A stretch of DNA of 64,000 nucleotides, taken from the NCBI GenBank assembly GCA_022827185.1, contig JAJDTM010000046.1:68644-132643 (forward strand), written 5' to 3'. The DNA comes from Candidatus Poribacteria bacterium. Its GTDB lineage: Bacteria; Poribacteria; WGA-4E; WGA-3G. The notes under the pieces were generated by a model. The model did not search any database and was not told the origin of the DNA. It worked only from the letters and a program-made list of their open reading frames with translations. Shown here in pieces: positions 17,416 to 27,425 of this stretch. Numbering within the stretch: position 1 is the first letter of the stretch; every line of letters begins with the position of its first letter. The position numbers and the translations under genes are program-made.

Positions 17416-18417
17416 TTATTCGTCCCAAGGCAATGGCACGCCTAATCGTTCACTGACTTCGCGTGCGGATTCCTGTTCTGCTTCCCCGTAGCGGATACCT
17501 TCGCGGCGATGCTGTTCTGTACGTTCCGTTTCAATTGCACCCGGTAGTAACGCCTTCTCGGTGCCAGGCAGCGGTTCGTAGGTTTCACGAACATCATGCA
17601 CCATGCGGTCGACTTCAGTGTGGAAAACATCAGGTGGCACAACGGATTCGATATTTATTGCGAGTACCATGCTGCCTTGTGGCGGTTGCCATTTTGCGGT
17701 GTCCTCCGGTGGGGGTTCGGTGAAGCCGGTCAATGCCCCACCGAGCAGATGTGCTATAGCGGTATAGCCGATGCTCTTGAAGAAAGCAGCGGGGATCATT
17801 GAAAGCAGCGCGTCGAAATCAGGACCGCGTTGGTAATCCGCCATAATACAGGTCGCTGCGTCGAGTACAACCGGTGGTTCATCGCCGGAGGGGATCGCGA
17901 AACAGATGGGTGGATTGCCGAAATAACCGAGCTGGGGTTTAGGGTCTCGGTTTCCGGCGTTGCCGTGGTTCCGTGATCCCTGTACCGAGAAACCGATACA
18001 TCCAGCCTCGTTGCACAAACGCGCGTAGTGACCTGCAGACCCGTAGTGTCCGATGTAACGCACCAGCCCCATCCCAATGCCTACTTCTTTCGCTTTGGCG
18101 ATGGCGTGTTCAGTGGCACGCACCATCGGCAGGTAGCCGAGGGTGCCGTTTCCGTCAAGCACGACGGCGGTTGGTGTTTCATGGATGACGCGGATATTCG
18201 GGTTTGGGTTGAGACCTCCGTTTTCAAAGCCTCTACAATATCGGTTAACAGTCTGTGTGCCGTGACTACGGACCCCGCGTAAGTCGGAGTTGACGAGTAA
18301 TCGGCTGATGAGTGTGGCGTGTTCGTGTGTGAGGCCGGCTTTCTCAAAGCAAGCGGTAGAGAAGTTGAGAAGCCTTTCCTCATCTACTAAGACGAAATTT
18401 TCTGGTGGTCTGTTCAT
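17416..18417 (-). CDS. Ldh_2 family oxidoreductase (malate/L-lactate/ureidoglycolate/sulfolactate dehydrogenase family)
   Basis: Contains GVRSHG and GMGLVRYIGHYGSAGHY, typical of the Ldh_2 family. It is a tandem paralog of 18585..19589. Confidence 0.7.
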   Translation of the reverse strand: MNRPPENFVLVDEERLLNFSTACFEKAGLTHEHATLISRLLVNSDLRGVRSHGTQTVNRYCRGFENGGLNPNPNIRVIHETPTAVVLDGNGTLGYLPMVRATEHAIAKAKEVGIGMGLVRYIGHYGSAGHYARLCNEAGCIGFSVQGSRNHGNAGNRDPKPQLGYFGNPPICFAIPSGDEPPVVLDAATCIMADYQRGPDFDALLSMIPAAFFKSIGYTAIAHLLGGALTGFTEPPPEDTAKWQPPQGSMVLAINIESVVPPDVFHTEVDRMVHDVRETYEPLPGTEKALLPGAIETERTEQHRREGIRYGEAEQESAREVSERLGVPLPWDE

Positions 18418-18493
18418 GTTTTTTCCTTTAAGAATGTGAGTTTTAAAAAAGTATTAGAAGTCAGGACAGGTGCAAATTAAATTTTAGTGATTT

Positions 18494-18528
18494 AACCCCC
18501 TAAATCCCCCTTATCAGAGGGACTTTAA
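18494..18528. repeat. Family-A hairpin element
   Basis: AACCCCCTAAATCCCCCTTATCAGAGGGACTTTAA lies between the tandem Ldh_2 genes. Confidence 0.65.
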
Positions 18529-18584
18529 GCGATAGTGTGTCCGCCCCAAGTATTTATCAAACTCACATTTTAAGAATGTAGTGG

Positions 18585-19589
18585 CTATTCGTCCCAAGGG
18601 AGTGGTACGCCTAATCGTTCACTGACCCCGCGTGCTGATTCCTGTTCCATTTCCCCGTAACGGATGCCTTCGCGGCGGTGATGTTCTGTGCGTTCCGTTT
18701 CAATTGCACCCGGCAGTAGTGCCCTATCGGTTCCCGGCAACGGTTCATAAGTTTCGCGGACATCGTGCGCCATGCGATCGACTTCTGCGTTGAAAACAGC
18801 GGTTGGTACAACGGATTCAATGTCTATTGCGAGTACCATCCCGCCCATTCTACTGCCGCTCCATTTTGCGGTGTCTTCCGGTGGTGGTTCAGTAAATCCT
18901 GTCAATGCGCCGCCGAGTAGGCTTGCCACGGCGGTATAGCCGATACTCTTGAAGAAAGCAGCAGGTATCACTGAAAGGAGCGCATCGAAATCAGGACCGC
19001 GCTGGTAGTCTGCCATAATACAGGTCGCTGCATCGAGTACAACCGGCGGTTCCTCACCGGAAGGAATCGCGAAACAGATGGGTGGGTTGCCGTAGTAGCC
19101 GAGCTGGGGTTTGGGATCTTGGTTTCCAGCGTTGCCTTGGTTCTGGTATCCTTGCACTGAAAAACCGATGCAACCGTTTTCGTTACAGAGACGCGCATAA
19201 TGTCCTGCGGATCCGTAGTGTCCGATATAACGGACGAGTCCCATCCCGATGCCGACCTCTTTCGCTTTGGCAATTGCGTGCTCAGTCGCACGTACCGTCG
19301 GAAGGTAGCCGAGGGTACCGTTTCCGTCAAGTACGACAGCGGTCGGTGTTTCGTGGATGATTCGGATATCCGGATTAGGGTTAAAACTCCCGTTTTCAAA
19401 GCCGCCGCAATATCCGTTGACGGTCCGAGTGCCGTGGCTGCGGACACCGCGTAGGTCGGAATTGACGAGCAGTCGGCTGATGAGTGCGGCGTGCTCGTGT
19501 GTGATACCGGCTTTCTCAAAGCAGGCGGTAGAGAAGTTAAGAAGCCGTTCTTCGTCTACAAGGACGAAATCTTCTGGCGGTCGATTCAT
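18585..19589 (-). CDS. Ldh_2 family oxidoreductase (tandem paralog)
   Basis: Roughly 85-90% amino-acid identity to 17416..18417, with the same motifs. Confidence 0.7.
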   Translation of the reverse strand: MNRPPEDFVLVDEERLLNFSTACFEKAGITHEHAALISRLLVNSDLRGVRSHGTRTVNGYCGGFENGSFNPNPDIRIIHETPTAVVLDGNGTLGYLPTVRATEHAIAKAKEVGIGMGLVRYIGHYGSAGHYARLCNENGCIGFSVQGYQNQGNAGNQDPKPQLGYYGNPPICFAIPSGEEPPVVLDAATCIMADYQRGPDFDALLSVIPAAFFKSIGYTAVASLLGGALTGFTEPPPEDTAKWSGSRMGGMVLAIDIESVVPTAVFNAEVDRMAHDVRETYEPLPGTDRALLPGAIETERTEHHRREGIRYGEMEQESARGVSERLGVPLPWDE

Positions 19590-19698
19590 ATTTTACTCCT
19601 TCGCAGCGAAATCCGACAGGTGTCTGAGTCGTAAATGGATTTGTTGGCCTGATTCACGGGACCCTGCCCAACAAGATTGTGTTTAGGCGATAGATTTA

Positions 19699-19818
19699 GG
19701 ACTTACGCAAATTTAGCAGAAAACGGATATTTTGCACATAAAAAGTAAATATTCAAACGTTTTTAACCCCCTAAATCCCGCTTATCAGGGGGACTTTAAG
19801 AGGAGATGCGTAAATTCT
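19699..19818. repeat. Composite element: family-B left terminus (GGACTTACGCA) + family-A hairpin (19765-19799) + degenerate right terminus (GATGCGTAAATTC)
   Basis: Read directly from the sequence. The nesting is analogous to the composite at 30524-30596. Confidence 0.5.
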
Positions 19819-19900
19819 AAGATTTTATTTAATAAATATATCACAAAACTTGTTGGATGTCACGTTTTTTTAATTACTGCGTTTCGGTAAAGATTTCGAT

Positions 19901-21871
19901 TCATTCGTTCTTTAGAATGGGTGGAATCTCCCAAAGTAGCACTGTGTGATCGAAATTTTCACTTGCGAGCGTGCGTCCATCGGGTGAATAGATGAGAGAA
20001 GTGACGCTGGAGTATCCTGTGAAAGTTGTTTTGTGTTTTCCGGTGTCAGCATCCCACAACCGGATCGTGCGATCGATGCTTCCTGTAGCAATCGTGTTGC
20101 CATCGAGTGAATAGGCGATAGCAGTAACCCCATCGCTATGTCCGGTCAATGTAATATTATTTTTCCGTGTGTTAATATCCCACAAACGGACAATATTGTT
20201 ATTTCTTCTGCTGGTAGCGAGCGTCCTTCCATCAGGCGAGTATACTAATGCTCTGACATCGCTTGTGTGCTGAGTTGTGATTGTACTTTCGAGCTCGCCC
20301 GTCACAGGATTCCAGAACCGGATCTTACCGCCCAAATCGCCACTGGCGATTGTTCTGCCATCCGGCGAGAAGATCACAGCGGAGCGATAATTGTGGCCTT
20401 CGTATATAACTTTACGTTTCCCCGTTCGGACGTGCCACAAATAGATCGTCCCTTCATCGTGTGTGTAGTATTCTCCAACGGTAACGAGCGTGTTTCCATC
20501 GGGCGAGAACACCACCCGGGATATATCGTATTCGCGATCTGTGAACAGCAGATGCATCCAGTTCGTATGCTTAAGTGTCGTTTTTCGTTTGCCTGTTTTC
20601 GCGTCCCCTAACTGCACGGTGTCGTTCCAATAATTTTCGATAGCGAAAGTATTCGCTTCCGGGGAATAGGCAATCGGCGTGCCTTTGACAGTAAGCGTGG
20701 TTTTTCGTTTGCCTGTCCTTGCGTCCCACACTCCGAAACCTCCTGATTCTCCTGTGGCAAGCGTGTTTCCATCGGGTGAATATGCAAGCAGTTCGATACG
20801 GTTGTGCTTTATGATGGTGGCTTTAGGTGTGCCGGTCTGTGCGTCCCATAACTCAGCTGTGCCGTCCCGACTTACAGTGGCAAACGTATTTCCATCGGGT
20901 GAATATGCTATGGAGGAGACACCCGCCGCGTGTGCGGTGAGCTGCGTTTTGCGTCGCATCGTCCGCGCATCCCACAACCGAACCTTACCGTTCCGGGTTC
21001 CGGTAGCGAGCGTCCTTCCATCGGGTGAGTATGCTATGGACGTAACAGCGTTATGATACCTACTCCAAGGGAGTGCGGCGTTAATCCCTTGTGTATGTTT
21101 CAGAGTGGATTTATGTTTTCCGGTGTCAGTGTGCCACAACCGCACAGTGCTGTCCCGACTTGCAGTGGCGATGGTATTTCCATCAGGTGAATACGCTATA
21201 GCAGTGATCCGCTTCGTGTGTCCCGCGAGCTTGGCTTTGCGTTTCCCTGTGAATGCATCCCACAATTGGACAGTGTTATCTTTATCATCTCTCCGACCGG
21301 TTATCCAACCGCCGCCGGTAGCGATAGTTGTGCCATCGGGTGCGTATGCTACAGCGGTGACACCGCTTGTATGAGGTCCGCTGAGTGTACCGATGCGTTG
21401 GTATGTTTCAGCGTCCCAGACCCGTACGCCACCGTCCGTATTTCCACTAACAATTGTGGTGCCATCCGGTGAATAAGCGATAGAAGTAACCCTGTGTCCA
21501 TACTTTGTAAGCGTGCCTCTGCGTTGCTTTGTGGAAACATCCGATAACAGCACCTTGCTGTCGCTGATTGCTCTGGCGATTATGGTCCCATCGGGTGAAT
21601 ATGCGAATGTAAAAGTAGAAGTACAGTCGGTTTGCGGTAGCAGATCGAGTGCTTTGCCGGTATCTGGATCATAGAACCAAATCCCGACAGAACTGGAAAT
21701 TGCGAGCCGACTGCCATCGGGAGAGAATTGAACTTCACCTATATCTCCCTTACCGAGCCGTGCTTTCGCACCTTCGGGTAGACTGAATTCTGTGTAGTCT
21801 TGGGCGACGCTTGGAAGGCAGCAGATTGAGATTATCAGGAACATCCGTATTAAGAGAACGGAAATTTTCAT
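19901..21871 (-). CDS. Secreted WD40-repeat beta-propeller protein
   Basis: A signal peptide (start trimmed to ATG at 21871, MKISVLLIRMFLIIS) and more than 12 WD40 units (..AYSPDG.T.A.....T.RLWD..TG...). Confidence 0.75.
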   Translation of the reverse strand: MKISVLLIRMFLIISICCLPSVAQDYTEFSLPEGAKARLGKGDIGEVQFSPDGSRLAISSSVGIWFYDPDTGKALDLLPQTDCTSTFTFAYSPDGTIIARAISDSKVLLSDVSTKQRRGTLTKYGHRVTSIAYSPDGTTIVSGNTDGGVRVWDAETYQRIGTLSGPHTSGVTAVAYAPDGTTIATGGGWITGRRDDKDNTVQLWDAFTGKRKAKLAGHTKRITAIAYSPDGNTIATASRDSTVRLWHTDTGKHKSTLKHTQGINAALPWSRYHNAVTSIAYSPDGRTLATGTRNGKVRLWDARTMRRKTQLTAHAAGVSSIAYSPDGNTFATVSRDGTAELWDAQTGTPKATIIKHNRIELLAYSPDGNTLATGESGGFGVWDARTGKRKTTLTVKGTPIAYSPEANTFAIENYWNDTVQLGDAKTGKRKTTLKHTNWMHLLFTDREYDISRVVFSPDGNTLVTVGEYYTHDEGTIYLWHVRTGKRKVIYEGHNYRSAVIFSPDGRTIASGDLGGKIRFWNPVTGELESTITTQHTSDVRALVYSPDGRTLATSRRNNNIVRLWDINTRKNNITLTGHSDGVTAIAYSLDGNTIATGSIDRTIRLWDADTGKHKTTFTGYSSVTSLIYSPDGRTLASENFDHTVLLWEIPPILKNE

Positions 21872-21902
21872 GATGGCTTTTATTCCTTTTTCGTGTTTAG
21901 GT

Positions 21903-23618
21903 CTACTCTTTCTGTAAAGTTGCTTTTCTTTCCATGATGAGCACAGTGCCATTTTGATGCACCTGTGCAGTCGTCGTACCATCGGGGGAATGCAACAATC
22001 TCTTGGAACCCCTTGGGATGTCAGCAGGGGTTGGGGTAAGTTTCCGCCCTGTCTCGGCATCCCACACGCGCACCTTATTTTTCCAATCTCCGGTAGCGAT
22101 TATTCTTTTCCCATCTTTTGAAAATACCACAGTCCGAACAGCCCCTGGTCCTTTAAATATGACCCTTTTGCGTATTCCTGTCCTTGCATCCCACAAATAC
22201 ACCGTTCCTTTTTCGACGGTATAATAATCTCCACCCGTAACGATGGTCTTACCATCGGGAGAATAAGCGATAGGCCCTATATCATACTCACGATTTTGAA
22301 GTATCAAAAAGATGGTGTCAATCAAACCAAAATGCTCGAGTGTTACTTTATGTTTGCCTGTTTTCGCATCCCGTAACAGCACTCGATCATTGTATGAACT
22401 CACCACAGCGATCGTTTTGCCATCGGGAGCATACGTGATGTTAAAGATGATACCTCTATCTCCAGTAAAAGTGTTTTTAAGTTCTCCAGTGGACACATCC
22501 CAAAAGTGTACCTTTCCGGCTTGATTTCCCGTGACAATTGTTTGACTGTCGGGAGAATATGCGGCGGTGTTGATGCGCTTATATCCTGTGAGTATCGCTT
22601 TGGATTTACCTGTGGTGGCATCCCACAATCGCACTGTACCATCTGAACTGGCGGTAGCGATGGTCTTTCCATCGGGTGAATATATAACGGATTTGGTTCT
22701 CTTTGTATGTCCAGTGAAAGTGGATTTAAGTTTCGTTGTCCGTGTGTCCCACAATTGTACGTCACCGTTCCCCGTTCCACAGACGATGGTGTTTCCATTC
22801 GGAGAATATCCGATAGATGTTACACTTTCTTTGTCTGACGTGAGTGTCGTTTTGTGAGTTCCGGTGGTAGCATCCGACAACCGAATTGTCCCATCGTAGC
22901 TGCCAGTCGCGATGGTCTTACTATCTGGAGAATATGCTGCGCAAGAAACTTGTTCTGAATGTCCAGTAAGCGTGATTTTGTGCTTGCCAGTTTTTCCATC
23001 CGCCAAGTGTACCGTGTTATCCGCTGCAGGGGCAGCGTAAGTTGTCCCATCCGGAGAGAATATAACAAAAGTATCCCATGGCATCTGCATTCTACTTGTG
23101 AAAATATTTTGTCCTGTTTGTGTGTCCCATAATCGGATTGTATTGTCACGATGCCATCCACTGGCAGCGATGGTCTCTCCATCTGGAGAGTACGCGATTG
23201 AATTAACACGCGTTGTGTGCCCCATGAGTATTGCTTTATCTTCTCCAGTAGCGACATCCCATACCTCTACTGCAAACATACCACCTCCACGCGTCCGTTT
23301 AGGTTTACCCCAACTTGTACTCGCAATTGTTTTGCCGTCAGGGGCATACGCGAAAGTGTAAGGACGCGTAATGTGTGAACGCTTTAATAATTCCAACGTT
23401 TTTCCTGTTTCGGGATCGTGGAGCCAGATACCGATAGAAGTTGAAATCGCCAGTTTACTCCCATCTGGAGAGAAGTGGACTTCACCGAGGGTGCCTTTGC
23501 CAATACGTGCTATGAGACCTTCCGGTAAGCCGATTTGTGGGTTATCTTGTGCGGTTAATGGGGAACAGCAGACTAAAGCGATAATTATCGTGAATATGAA
23601 AGAAAAGGAAGTTTTCAT
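21903..23618 (-). CDS. Secreted WD40-repeat beta-propeller protein
   Basis: A signal peptide (MKTSFSFIFTIIIALVCCSPLTAQ) and multiple WD40 units. Confidence 0.75.
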   Translation of the reverse strand: MKTSFSFIFTIIIALVCCSPLTAQDNPQIGLPEGLIARIGKGTLGEVHFSPDGSKLAISTSIGIWLHDPETGKTLELLKRSHITRPYTFAYAPDGKTIASTSWGKPKRTRGGGMFAVEVWDVATGEDKAILMGHTTRVNSIAYSPDGETIAASGWHRDNTIRLWDTQTGQNIFTSRMQMPWDTFVIFSPDGTTYAAPAADNTVHLADGKTGKHKITLTGHSEQVSCAAYSPDSKTIATGSYDGTIRLSDATTGTHKTTLTSDKESVTSIGYSPNGNTIVCGTGNGDVQLWDTRTTKLKSTFTGHTKRTKSVIYSPDGKTIATASSDGTVRLWDATTGKSKAILTGYKRINTAAYSPDSQTIVTGNQAGKVHFWDVSTGELKNTFTGDRGIIFNITYAPDGKTIAVVSSYNDRVLLRDAKTGKHKVTLEHFGLIDTIFLILQNREYDIGPIAYSPDGKTIVTGGDYYTVEKGTVYLWDARTGIRKRVIFKGPGAVRTVVFSKDGKRIIATGDWKNKVRVWDAETGRKLTPTPADIPRGSKRLLHSPDGTTTAQVHQNGTVLIMERKATLQKE

Positions 23619-23789
23619 GGTGAGGTATCTCCTTTTTGGAATCGCAAACAGTTCATTTCAAAAAGCCCGTTGGTTCGCTTCCTAACGTTACTTTTGTTGT
23701 AATATGTTTCGGCTTCTTTCAGAAAAATCAAGCTTGCTAAACATTGGAGACTAAACACGCATAAAAACTTCCTATTATATCTACTACTT

Positions 23790-24947
23790 TTATGGGGCAA
23801 TTTGCTTAAAGAACTGCTTTTGACCATCTTTGATGGTGAAGATTACCGCGCTTTTGGTGGGATGGCGGTTTTCGTCATAACTGGCGACCCGCGTTGCACC
23901 GATGTAGTTCTCAGTAGCAGCGAGTTGATCGCGTATTTCTTCTGGATCCAGGCTGCCGGCGCGTTCAACGGCTTCAAAGAGCAGTTTGACTGCGTCATAA
24001 CTGACAGCAACACCGCCAGTCGGTGTGGATTCATAGATGGATTCATAGGTGTTGACGAATGCTTGCGCGTTCGGTTCATCTGTGTCTGGCGAGAAGTGTC
24101 CACTGAAAAAACTGCCTTCTATTTCGGCGTTTTCGTTATCAAATAGGAGTTCGCTGTCCCATGAATCTGCACCGAGGAAGATCGTAGGGTCTCCCTCAGT
24201 GCTTTGCAATGGAATTGCCCGTGCCTGTTGTGTTATTAACGCGATGTCTTGAACAAAACCGGATGTGAAAAGGACATCGGGCTTTGCGGCTGCAATGTTT
24301 GTAAGTTGTGCTGTAAAGTCTGAGGTATCTCCTTCGTAAAATTCGTGGGCGACGATTTCGCCACCAAATTTGCTGAAATTGCGTGCGAAGAATTCGGAAA
24401 TACCTTCCGTGTAAAGATCACCGCTTCGTGTGATGAGAGCAGCGGTGGAAGTACCGAGGTCCGATTTGGCAAACTGTGCCATGACTGCCCCTTGAAAACT
24501 ATCTGTGAAAGATGCCATAAAGACGAAGTTGCCAGCATTGGTTACATTCGGGTTCGTAGCGGTTGTCGTAATCATCGGGATTCCGTGGCGTTGTGCGATT
24601 GGACCGACCTCAACAGCGTGGGAAGAGCGGTTGGGTCCGATGAGCGCGATAATTTTCTCTTCAACGATGAGTTGCTCCGCGATTTGGATGGAGACTTCCG
24701 GTCCGGCTTCTTTGTTAATATGTCCAATCAATTCGACGGGTGTGCCGAGCAGGCCGCCGCGTTGATTAATTTCTGTGACAGCCATCTCTGCGCCGTTTGG
24801 ATAGGTAACGCGTTCACCAGCGACGACGAAACCGATCTTGAGGGTTTCTTGTTGTTGTTGAGGCGTAACAATCTTTCCGACCCTGTCACACCCGATGGAC
24901 GCTACAAGTAATACGCTAAAACTGATGAGTGCTAAGAATTTATACAT
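23790..24947 (-). CDS. ABC transporter substrate-binding lipoprotein, branched-chain amino-acid (Liv/Peripla_BP_6) family
   Basis: A lipobox (ASIGC) and a type-I periplasmic binding fold (..LKIGFVVAGERV..). I trimmed the start to ATG at 24947. Confidence 0.65.
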   Translation of the reverse strand: MYKFLALISFSVLLVASIGCDRVGKIVTPQQQQETLKIGFVVAGERVTYPNGAEMAVTEINQRGGLLGTPVELIGHINKEAGPEVSIQIAEQLIVEEKIIALIGPNRSSHAVEVGPIAQRHGIPMITTTATNPNVTNAGNFVFMASFTDSFQGAVMAQFAKSDLGTSTAALITRSGDLYTEGISEFFARNFSKFGGEIVAHEFYEGDTSDFTAQLTNIAAAKPDVLFTSGFVQDIALITQQARAIPLQSTEGDPTIFLGADSWDSELLFDNENAEIEGSFFSGHFSPDTDEPNAQAFVNTYESIYESTPTGGVAVSYDAVKLLFEAVERAGSLDPEEIRDQLAATENYIGATRVASYDENRHPTKSAVIFTIKDGQKQFFKQIAP

Positions 24948-25250
24948 GGTGATAAAGTCCTTGTAAAAAATGGTTTCCTTTGTTTTAGATATTTGATACA
25001 ATGTTTTGAATCGCATGGGAAACTGCCATAGGTGGCAATGACATCTCAATGCGAATAGAAGTTATGTAATGCGACATCTTAGGTTCGCATATGTATATAA
25101 TATAATATTAAATATTGAAAATAAACAAGTCAATTTGATAGGACTATTTAGTTATACATAAATTACCGGATTTTCTAAATTTTTGAATCTTCTTTTTCAG
25201 GTTTCCCGGTGCGGTTCATGAAGATTAATTTTTTAATTCGGTAATTTCTT

Positions 25251-25295
25251 GGGGCAGTCCGGTGCGGTTCCAAACCGCACCTACCGGACCTGGGG
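25251..25295. repeat. Family-C palindrome (GGGGCAGTCCGGTGCGGTTCCAAACCGCACCTACCGGACCTGGGG)
   Basis: Near-perfect inverted repeat CCGGTGCGGTT/AACCGCACC(TA)CCGG. Related copies are at 50423-50465 (inverted orientation) and 50704-50741. It lies in the divergent promoter region between 24947 and 25417. Confidence 0.6.
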
Positions 25296-25416
25296 AAAAT
25301 ATAGAATTACCGAGAAAACACCAGACACGGCTCGTGTTACAGTCTGTTTTAGGACTTGAAATGTTTCTTTAAGTGAATATGTAAAACTAAATGACCCTGT
25401 GTAACACACATTTATT

Positions 25417-26175
25417 ATGGAAAATTTAATCACAGTGATTGGTCGCGGGCACTCTGGGACGCGTGCTATTTCGCATACGTTATACGCCAGTGGTGTTTTC
25501 ATGGGGAGTCAACTGAACCCTTCTGGCGATAAGATACCACCACACGCGATGTATGATGCTTGCCGAGTGATGGCGCAATATGTCAAATGGGAGGGTGGAC
25601 TCTCGTGGGATTTTGATCCGCTTTGGACGATGCCGATTGATCCAGAGTTTGAACGGCTTATTAATACCTACCTTGAGGATGTACTGAAGGATCCGGCATC
25701 TCACAAAGGTTGGAAGATTCCAGAGACGACGCTCGTCTATCCATGGATAATTCGGATGTTCCCTGATATAAAATATATCCACTGGATTCGGGATCCGCGA
25801 GATTGTATTCGGGGCAGCCACAAAACGGACGACCTTCGGGATTTTGGGGTCCCGTATCCTGAAACGGACGACATCTATGAGAGACGCGCCATTTCTTGGA
25901 TCTATCAATATAAACTCATGCAAGCGACACCGATGCCTAAGCATGTTATCCAGATCCGTTTTGAGGATTTTGTTTTGGGACAGGAGCGGATACTCAAGGC
26001 GCTTGAGGCGTTTTTAGGTATCCCGTTAGGTAGGATTATCGTGCGTCCTGACGCAGTGGATCGGTGGAAGAAAGATGTCGCGGCATTGGAACCGGGTGCG
26101 TCGTTACCGCACTACGAATTTGAGTTTCTGAAAAGAGCAATCGTTGAAAACGGTTATCCTTTAACAGCAACCTAA
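25417..26175 (+). CDS. Sulfotransferase-family protein
   Basis: An N-terminal PAPS 5'-PSB-like loop VIGRGHSGTRAIS and a sulfotransferase-like size and fold signature. Moderate confidence only. Confidence 0.45.
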   Translation: MENLITVIGRGHSGTRAISHTLYASGVFMGSQLNPSGDKIPPHAMYDACRVMAQYVKWEGGLSWDFDPLWTMPIDPEFERLINTYLEDVLKDPASHKGWKIPETTLVYPWIIRMFPDIKYIHWIRDPRDCIRGSHKTDDLRDFGVPYPETDDIYERRAISWIYQYKLMQATPMPKHVIQIRFEDFVLGQERILKALEAFLGIPLGRIIVRPDAVDRWKKDVAALEPGASLPHYEFEFLKRAIVENGYPLTAT

Positions 26176-26183
26176 CAGAGACA

Positions 26184-26272
26184 GGACTTATGCATTTTTC
26201 TATGATGATAACTATAGATTACGCACTGCAGGGGGGTTTAAAACCCCCCCTGCAAGGGGAGCTGCGTAAGTC
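26184..26272. repeat. Family-B element, full copy
   Basis: GGACTTATGCATTTTTCTATGATGATAACTATAGATTACGCACTGCAGGGGGGTTTAAAACCCCCCTGCAAGGGGAGCTGCGTAAGTCC: 11-bp inverted termini and a perfect 11-bp internal stem. Confidence 0.7.
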
Positions 26273-26291
26273 CTAAAAAAAAGGAACTATT

Positions 26292-27311
26292 ATGTCAACT
26301 ACTTATCGTGTTGGACTTGTTGGAACAGGTGGAATTGCAAATGCACACGGCAATGCGTGTCAACAAGCACCGAGTGCTGAATTGGCGGCGATCTGTGATG
26401 TGTCTGAAGGTGCGTTAGCCAATTTCGGTGAACGGTTTGATGTAGCACCTGAGCACCGGTATCTCTCTTTAGACGAGATGTTAGAGACTGAAAACTTGGA
26501 CATCGCTATTATCTGTACGTGGGGTGCGTTCCACGCTGAGGTTGGTATCCAGCTTTCTGAATCTCGCCAGGTCAAGGCGATCTTGTGTGAGAAGCCGTTC
26601 ACGTCAACCGCAGCGGAGGCGGAAGCGTTCGTGGGTGCAGCACAAGCGAACGGTGTTCTCGTAGCGGAAGCGTTTAAATTCCGGCATCATCCGATGCACC
26701 TCAAGGCGAAAGAATTAATTGATTCGGGAGCTATCGGGGAGTTTAAGGCACTCCGTAGCACCTTCTGCACGGGTGGTGGCGGCGGTGGACCAGAAACACG
26801 TAAACCTGAGGCGAATTGGCGGTTTAATAAAGCGAAGGGTGGCGGCAGTATCTACGATTTGGCGTGTTACAATATCCACCATGCGCGGTTTATGTTCGGT
26901 GCTGAACCGATTCGGGTATCGGGAATGTCTCAAGCAGGATTAGAAGTAGATGACGGTTCCTACCTACAGTTAGTATTTCCCGGTGAACGGGTCGCCCAGA
27001 TTTCCACCGGTTTTAATTGTGCTGGTGGACAGTACGCTGAAATGGCTGGGTTGGGGGGTATGCTTAGAATTGAGACGGCGTGGAATAATGAGAATTCAGC
27101 TGTCAATATTGTGCTTACCACACGAGAGGGCAGAGAAGTTATCGAGTTTGAACCGTGTTTCCAGTTCGCATTACAATTGGAACATATGTGCGAAGTTTTA
27201 ACAACTGGTGAACCGCATCGGATCTCACCGGAGAGCTGCGTGAATCAGATGCGCACCATTGATGCCGCCTTTGAAGCGATGGCGACGGGACGGACGGTCG
27301 AATTAGGATAG
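26292..27311 (+). CDS. Gfo/Idh/MocA family NAD(P)-dependent oxidoreductase
   Basis: An N-terminal Rossmann VGLVGTGGIANAH and the EKP motif (CEKPF). Confidence 0.8.
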   Translation: MSTTYRVGLVGTGGIANAHGNACQQAPSAELAAICDVSEGALANFGERFDVAPEHRYLSLDEMLETENLDIAIICTWGAFHAEVGIQLSESRQVKAILCEKPFTSTAAEAEAFVGAAQANGVLVAEAFKFRHHPMHLKAKELIDSGAIGEFKALRSTFCTGGGGGGPETRKPEANWRFNKAKGGGSIYDLACYNIHHARFMFGAEPIRVSGMSQAGLEVDDGSYLQLVFPGERVAQISTGFNCAGGQYAEMAGLGGMLRIETAWNNENSAVNIVLTTREGREVIEFEPCFQFALQLEHMCEVLTTGEPHRISPESCVNQMRTIDAAFEAMATGRTVELG

Positions 27312-27425
27312 CAGGTTTAAATGGCTTTCGGCTGTCGGCTATCGGCTTTCAGCAAAGACGCAAGCGTTACATAAACGTTTCTTTGCTGACGGCTGATGGC
27401 TAATCTGCTGACAGCCGACGGCTGA

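Noticed and set aside
26184-26272. Family-B hairpins as Rho-independent terminators
   Set aside because: No U-tract follows the stem on either strand. All copies have the same + orientation regardless of gene direction, which is inconsistent with terminators serving the flanking genes.
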